Shown here in pieces: positions 60,795 to 64,000 of a DNA stretch of 64,000 bases; within the stretch, counting starts at the first letter, position 1, and the number at the start of each line of letters is the position of its first letter. A program made the position numbers and the translations under genes. This stretch comes from Pseudomonadota bacterium (lineage in GTDB: Bacteria > Campylobacterota > Campylobacteria > Campylobacterales > Campylobacteraceae): assembly GCA_002746565.1 (NCBI GenBank), contig PDPI01000023.1, positions 16,037 to 80,036 of the forward strand, in the 5' to 3' direction. Below the pieces are notes generated by a model. That model saw only the letters and a list, made by a program, of their open reading frames with translations. It did not search any database and had not been told where the DNA came from.

Positions 60795-62152
60795 ATGGTC
60801 TTAGAAAATCTTCTTTGTTTATTGCCCTTCAAATAGGCATCAAATGGCATGGAAATATTTCGTATCAGAAGCTCACCTGTATCATGAACCAAAATAGCCT
60901 CTTTGCTTATACTTAGCAAATCTTGGGCTTCAAATTCTTTAAGCTCCTCGATAGCATCTGCAAAATATTTGAAAAAATCTATCTTAAAATTCTCCTCAAT
61001 GGAGGAGATATTTAATTTAAAATTACTCATAAGCTCCATTATAACAGCCTTTCTAAGCTTATCATCTTCATTTAAAACAATTCCCTTAAAAAGTGGCAAT
61101 CTACCCTCATCAATGGCTTCTTCATACTCTTTCATATCTTTAAAATTTTGAGCATAATGCCCCTCGCCCTCCCCTATACTTGTAAGCCCTATGCCTATCA
61201 AATCCGCCCCACCCTTTGTGGTATATCCTTGGAAATTTCGGTGAAGTTCACCCTTTTCTATGGCCAAAAACAACTCATCTTCAGGCTTTGCAAAATGGTC
61301 CATACCTATCATTTTGTAACCATTTTCTTGGAAAAAATTTATGGTGTATTTTAGTATATTTAGCTTTTCTTGTGGACTTGGCAAAGTAGTTTCATCAAAT
61401 TTTCGCATAGTCTTTTTCAGCCAAGGAATATGGGCATAGTTAAAAACCGCAAACCTATCGGGGCTTAGGGTTAGGGCTATATCTAAAGTTTTTTTAAAGC
61501 TCTCTAGGCTTTGATGGGGAAAGCCATAAATCAAATCCATATTTATGGATTTAATCCCAACAGCCCTTGCCATATCCACAGCATTTTTGGTAATCTCGTA
61601 GGGCTGGATACGATGGATTATCTTTTGAATTTCTTCATTAAAATCCTGTACCCCATAGCTAATGCGATTAAAGCCACCAGCGATCAAAACATCTAATTGT
61701 TCTTTAGTTAAAAATCTTGGATCTATCTCGCAACTTACCTCGGCATCCCTAGCAAAATTTGGAAAATAATCTTTGATAAGCCTGATGATACTTTCAAGTT
61801 GATTTGCATCAAAAAATGTCGGAGTTCCACCACCAAAATGAAGCTGCAAAACATCCCTTGAAGTATCAAGATGTTTTGATAAAATATCCACTTCCTTTTT
61901 TAGATATTGGATATAACGCTCTTTTTTATCATTTTTACTGGTAAAAACCACATTGCATCCACAAAAATAACAAGCACTCCTGCAAAATGGCAAGTGAAAA
62001 TACAAGGATAATGGGCGATTTTTATCTTGATTTTTTAGTATATGCGTATATTCTTCATGGGAAAATTCCCCATGAAATTCTGGCGCAGTGGGATAGCTCG
62101 TATATCGAGGTCCAGGTTTAGCGTATTTTACAAATTTATCAAAATCTATCAT
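60791..62152 (-). CDS. hemN: oxygen-independent coproporphyrinogen III oxidase (radical SAM)
   Basis: 453 aa with CxxxCxxC (CRSACYFC), GGGTPT, and an HemN C-terminal domain. Confidence 0.9.
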   Translation of the reverse strand: MIDFDKFVKYAKPGPRYTSYPTAPEFHGEFSHEEYTHILKNQDKNRPLSLYFHLPFCRSACYFCGCNVVFTSKNDKKERYIQYLKKEVDILSKHLDTSRDVLQLHFGGGTPTFFDANQLESIIRLIKDYFPNFARDAEVSCEIDPRFLTKEQLDVLIAGGFNRISYGVQDFNEEIQKIIHRIQPYEITKNAVDMARAVGIKSINMDLIYGFPHQSLESFKKTLDIALTLSPDRFAVFNYAHIPWLKKTMRKFDETTLPSPQEKLNILKYTINFFQENGYKMIGMDHFAKPEDELFLAIEKGELHRNFQGYTTKGGADLIGIGLTSIGEGEGHYAQNFKDMKEYEEAIDEGRLPLFKGIVLNEDDKLRKAVIMELMSNFKLNISSIEENFKIDFFKYFADAIEELKEFEAQDLLSISKEAILVHDTGELLIRNISMPFDAYLKGNKQRRFSKTI

Positions 62153-62562
62153 CTACTTATATGCCTTACTTCTCCTGGTAAAAAATCATCAAGGTTTAAA
62201 AATAAATTTGGATGCTTTTTTTTGACATTTTTTACTATCTTGTTTAAATTTTTATCGCTCATGATGTCCTCATTGCTATTTTCAAGCTCATTCATGACAA
62301 CTGCCCAAGTGTCAGCAAAGTCGATGGGAACATATTTCCAAATGGCTTTTTCAAGTTTTAGTTGGAAACTTTCCTCCTTTGCTTCTTTTAAAGCGTTTAG
62401 AATCCTATTTAAGGTTTCTAATGGCACAACGGCATGGAGGTTGTCATTTTTATCTTCTAAAACAAGTTTTTTACTATGGGCATCTAGATCGAAGTTTCCG
62501 CCATAAAAACTAACTTGCTTTGATAAATCCTTAATTTGTTTTATGATATTTTTCTCTTCCAT
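62149..62562 (-). CDS. conserved hypothetical protein (possibly DUF2603/UPF0763-like)
   Basis: 137-aa ORF with a 4-nt overlap with hemN. The family name is recalled from the equivalent position between argF and hemN in Campylobacter and has not been verified. Confidence 0.6.
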   Translation of the reverse strand: MEEKNIIKQIKDLSKQVSFYGGNFDLDAHSKKLVLEDKNDNLHAVVPLETLNRILNALKEAKEESFQLKLEKAIWKYVPIDFADTWAVVMNELENSNEDIMSDKNLNKIVKNVKKKHPNLFLNLDDFLPGEVRHISR

Positions 62563-62570
62563 CTCAACCC

Positions 62571-63497
62571 CTAATCATTTCTATGCCTATCAAGCCAAAC
62601 CATGACACCCTTTTGCGCATGGAGCCTGTTTTCGGCCTCATCAAAAATATTATCCGCATACTTTTCAAAAACTTCCTCGCTAACCTCATAACCCCTATAA
62701 GCTGGTAAGCAATGCAGAAAAATCGCATCTTTCTTGGCTAGCTTCATCATATCCATATCAACCATAAAACCCTTAAAATCCCTAATTCTCTTTTCTTTTT
62801 CTGCCTCTTGCCCCATGGAAACCCAAGTATCAGTTGTAACCACATCTGCATCTTTTACTGCCTTGAGAGGATCATTAAAATAATTTATAATTCCCCCACT
62901 TTCTTCACATAGCATTTTTGCATCAGAGATGATTTCTTGCCAAGGTTCATATCCCTTTGGGGTTGCTATATCTAGAGTAAAACCAAGCTTGCTTGCTAAC
63001 ATCATCCACGAATGGGTCATATTATTTCCATCGCCCACATAGGCAACCACTGGGTTTTTGTCTTTTTTATATTCCATCATAGTTATATAATCAGCCAAAA
63101 GTTGCACAGGATGATATTTATCGGTCAAACCATTTATCACAGGAACCTTTGAGTAAGCCGCAAATTCATCCAAAATACTTTGTGAAAAGGTGCGTATCAT
63201 GACCATATCGACCATACGGCTAATCACCCTAGCACTATCTCTCATGGGCTCTCCACGTCCAAGTTGCAAATCATTGGAAGATAAAAACAAACCCTTCCCC
63301 CCAAGCTGATGGATGCCAACCTCAAAGCTAACCCTAGTTCTAGTACTACTTTTTTCAAAAAGCATCCCCAAAGTTTGCTGATGAAGATGGGGAAAATACC
63401 TCTTAGCCTTAGCCTCTTTCTTTATAGCCACACCTAGATCTATAATCTCTAAAATCTCTTCTTTACTAAAATCATAAAGTGATAAAAAATGTTTCAA
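62571..63497 (-). CDS. argF: ornithine carbamoyltransferase
   Basis: 308 aa with the motifs [17 protein letters not shown] and HCLPA. Confidence 0.95.
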   Translation of the reverse strand: MKHFLSLYDFSKEEILEIIDLGVAIKKEAKAKRYFPHLHQQTLGMLFEKSSTRTRVSFEVGIHQLGGKGLFLSSNDLQLGRGEPMRDSARVISRMVDMVMIRTFSQSILDEFAAYSKVPVINGLTDKYHPVQLLADYITMMEYKKDKNPVVAYVGDGNNMTHSWMMLASKLGFTLDIATPKGYEPWQEIISDAKMLCEESGGIINYFNDPLKAVKDADVVTTDTWVSMGQEAEKEKRIRDFKGFMVDMDMMKLAKKDAIFLHCLPAYRGYEVSEEVFEKYADNIFDEAENRLHAQKGVMVWLDRHRND

Positions 63498-63550
63498 AAT
63501 TTATTCCTTTTATACTATCGTAGTTTATTATATCCTTTTTTATTAAATAT

Positions 63551-63648
63551 GATATAAATAGATGGCATTTTGAAAAAATGCCTACCCTACTAGTCATCCG
63601 TTTTCAGTAATCCGTAATCCGTTTTCAGCACTGACCTCAGTCAGTGCC
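63551..63648 (-). repeat. dispersed structured element, copy 7 (short H1, 3' end degenerate)
   Basis: The reverse complement reads AT-GGCACTGAC-TGAG-GTCAGTGCT, then GAAAACG GATTACG GATTACT GAAAACG GATGACT, then GGCATTTT-TTC-AAAATGCC. The terminal GTCAGTGCC is missing. Confidence 0.85.
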
Positions 63649-64000
63649 ATTTGCCAAAAGCTTTGCCACTTCCTTGGCATGATAAGATATGATTATATCC
63701 GCCCCTGCCCTTTTAAATGAGATCATAGTTTCTAATAAAACTTTTTCATACTCAATCACGCCTGATTTTTGACCTGCTTTGAGCAAAGCGTATTCGCCGC
63801 TGACGTTATAAACTGCCATGGGCGTTAATGTTCTTTCTTTTATATCTCGCACCACATCAAGGTAAGCAAGGGCGGGTTTTACCATTAAAATATCAGCCCC
63901 TTGAAGCTCATCTTCTAGGCTTTCGCTTATGGCTTCACGGCGATTTGCAGGGTTCATTTGGTAGCTTTTTCTATCTCCAAAGCTTGGAGTAGATTCTGCC
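63637..64000 (-). CDS. hemB: porphobilinogen synthase (delta-aminolevulinate dehydratase); N-terminus lies outside the window
   Basis: The frame is open to nt 64000 (..[17 protein letters not shown].., ..[16 protein letters not shown]..). The last 3 codons and the TGA stop lie inside repeat copy 7. Confidence 0.9.
   Translation of the reverse strand, partial: AESTPSFGDRKSYQMNPANRREAISESLEDELQGADILMVKPALAYLDVVRDIKERTLTPMAVYNVSGEYALLKAGQKSGVIEYEKVLLETMISFKRAGADIIISYHAKEVAKLLANGTD

Noticed and set aside
2571-63648. Possibility that the repeated element is a CRISPR array or integron attC series.
   Set aside because: The copies are dispersed as singles in both orientations and are not arrayed with regular spacers. 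No cas or intI genes are present, and the units are about 100-125 nt with internal substructure.

Overview
This is a low-GC chromosomal segment that is almost fully coding, mostly with housekeeping genes. Gene content and order (serA, rpsA-ispH-aroA-pheT-pheS, cvpA-fur-lysS-glyA, hemB-argF-x-hemN) recall Campylobacter and other Campylobacterota; this rests on memory, not a search. Other content includes AapJQMP, TctABC and TRAP DctQM transporters, a DASS and an SNF transporter, pckA with oadGAB and a large FAD/Fe-S dehydrogenase. There is also a tungsten-type aldehyde:ferredoxin oxidoreductase coupled to MoaD-like and ThiF-like genes, atpE, one tRNA-Leu(GAG), and a PAS/HPt-like protein with a hybrid histidine kinase. 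No rRNA, CRISPR array, transposase or integrase is visible. The most unusual signal is a dispersed, structured element of about 100-125 nt present in 7 copies, which accounts for most of the longer intergenic gaps. It carries terminal inverted repeats (GGCACTGAC / GTCAGTGCC), a 14-bp hairpin with compensatory substitutions between copies, 3-5 tandem GAWWACN heptamers, and a small hairpin followed by a T tract. Two full-length copies have 6-bp flanking direct repeats. Two copies supply the last three codons (Gly-Thr-Asp) and the stop codon of host genes. Two inverted copies bracket an accessory AAA+ ATPase/DUF234 gene. Second, the ORF track truncates a SelW/Rdx-like selenoprotein that has an in-frame UGA in a CxxU motif and a SECIS-like hairpin downstream. 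Smaller observations are a frameshifted DJ-1/PfpI gene, an intergenic C9 tract, a 108-bp tandem Sel1 repeat array, a class III-type Fic, a solitary pilT and a start-less ORF remnant next to the tRNA.
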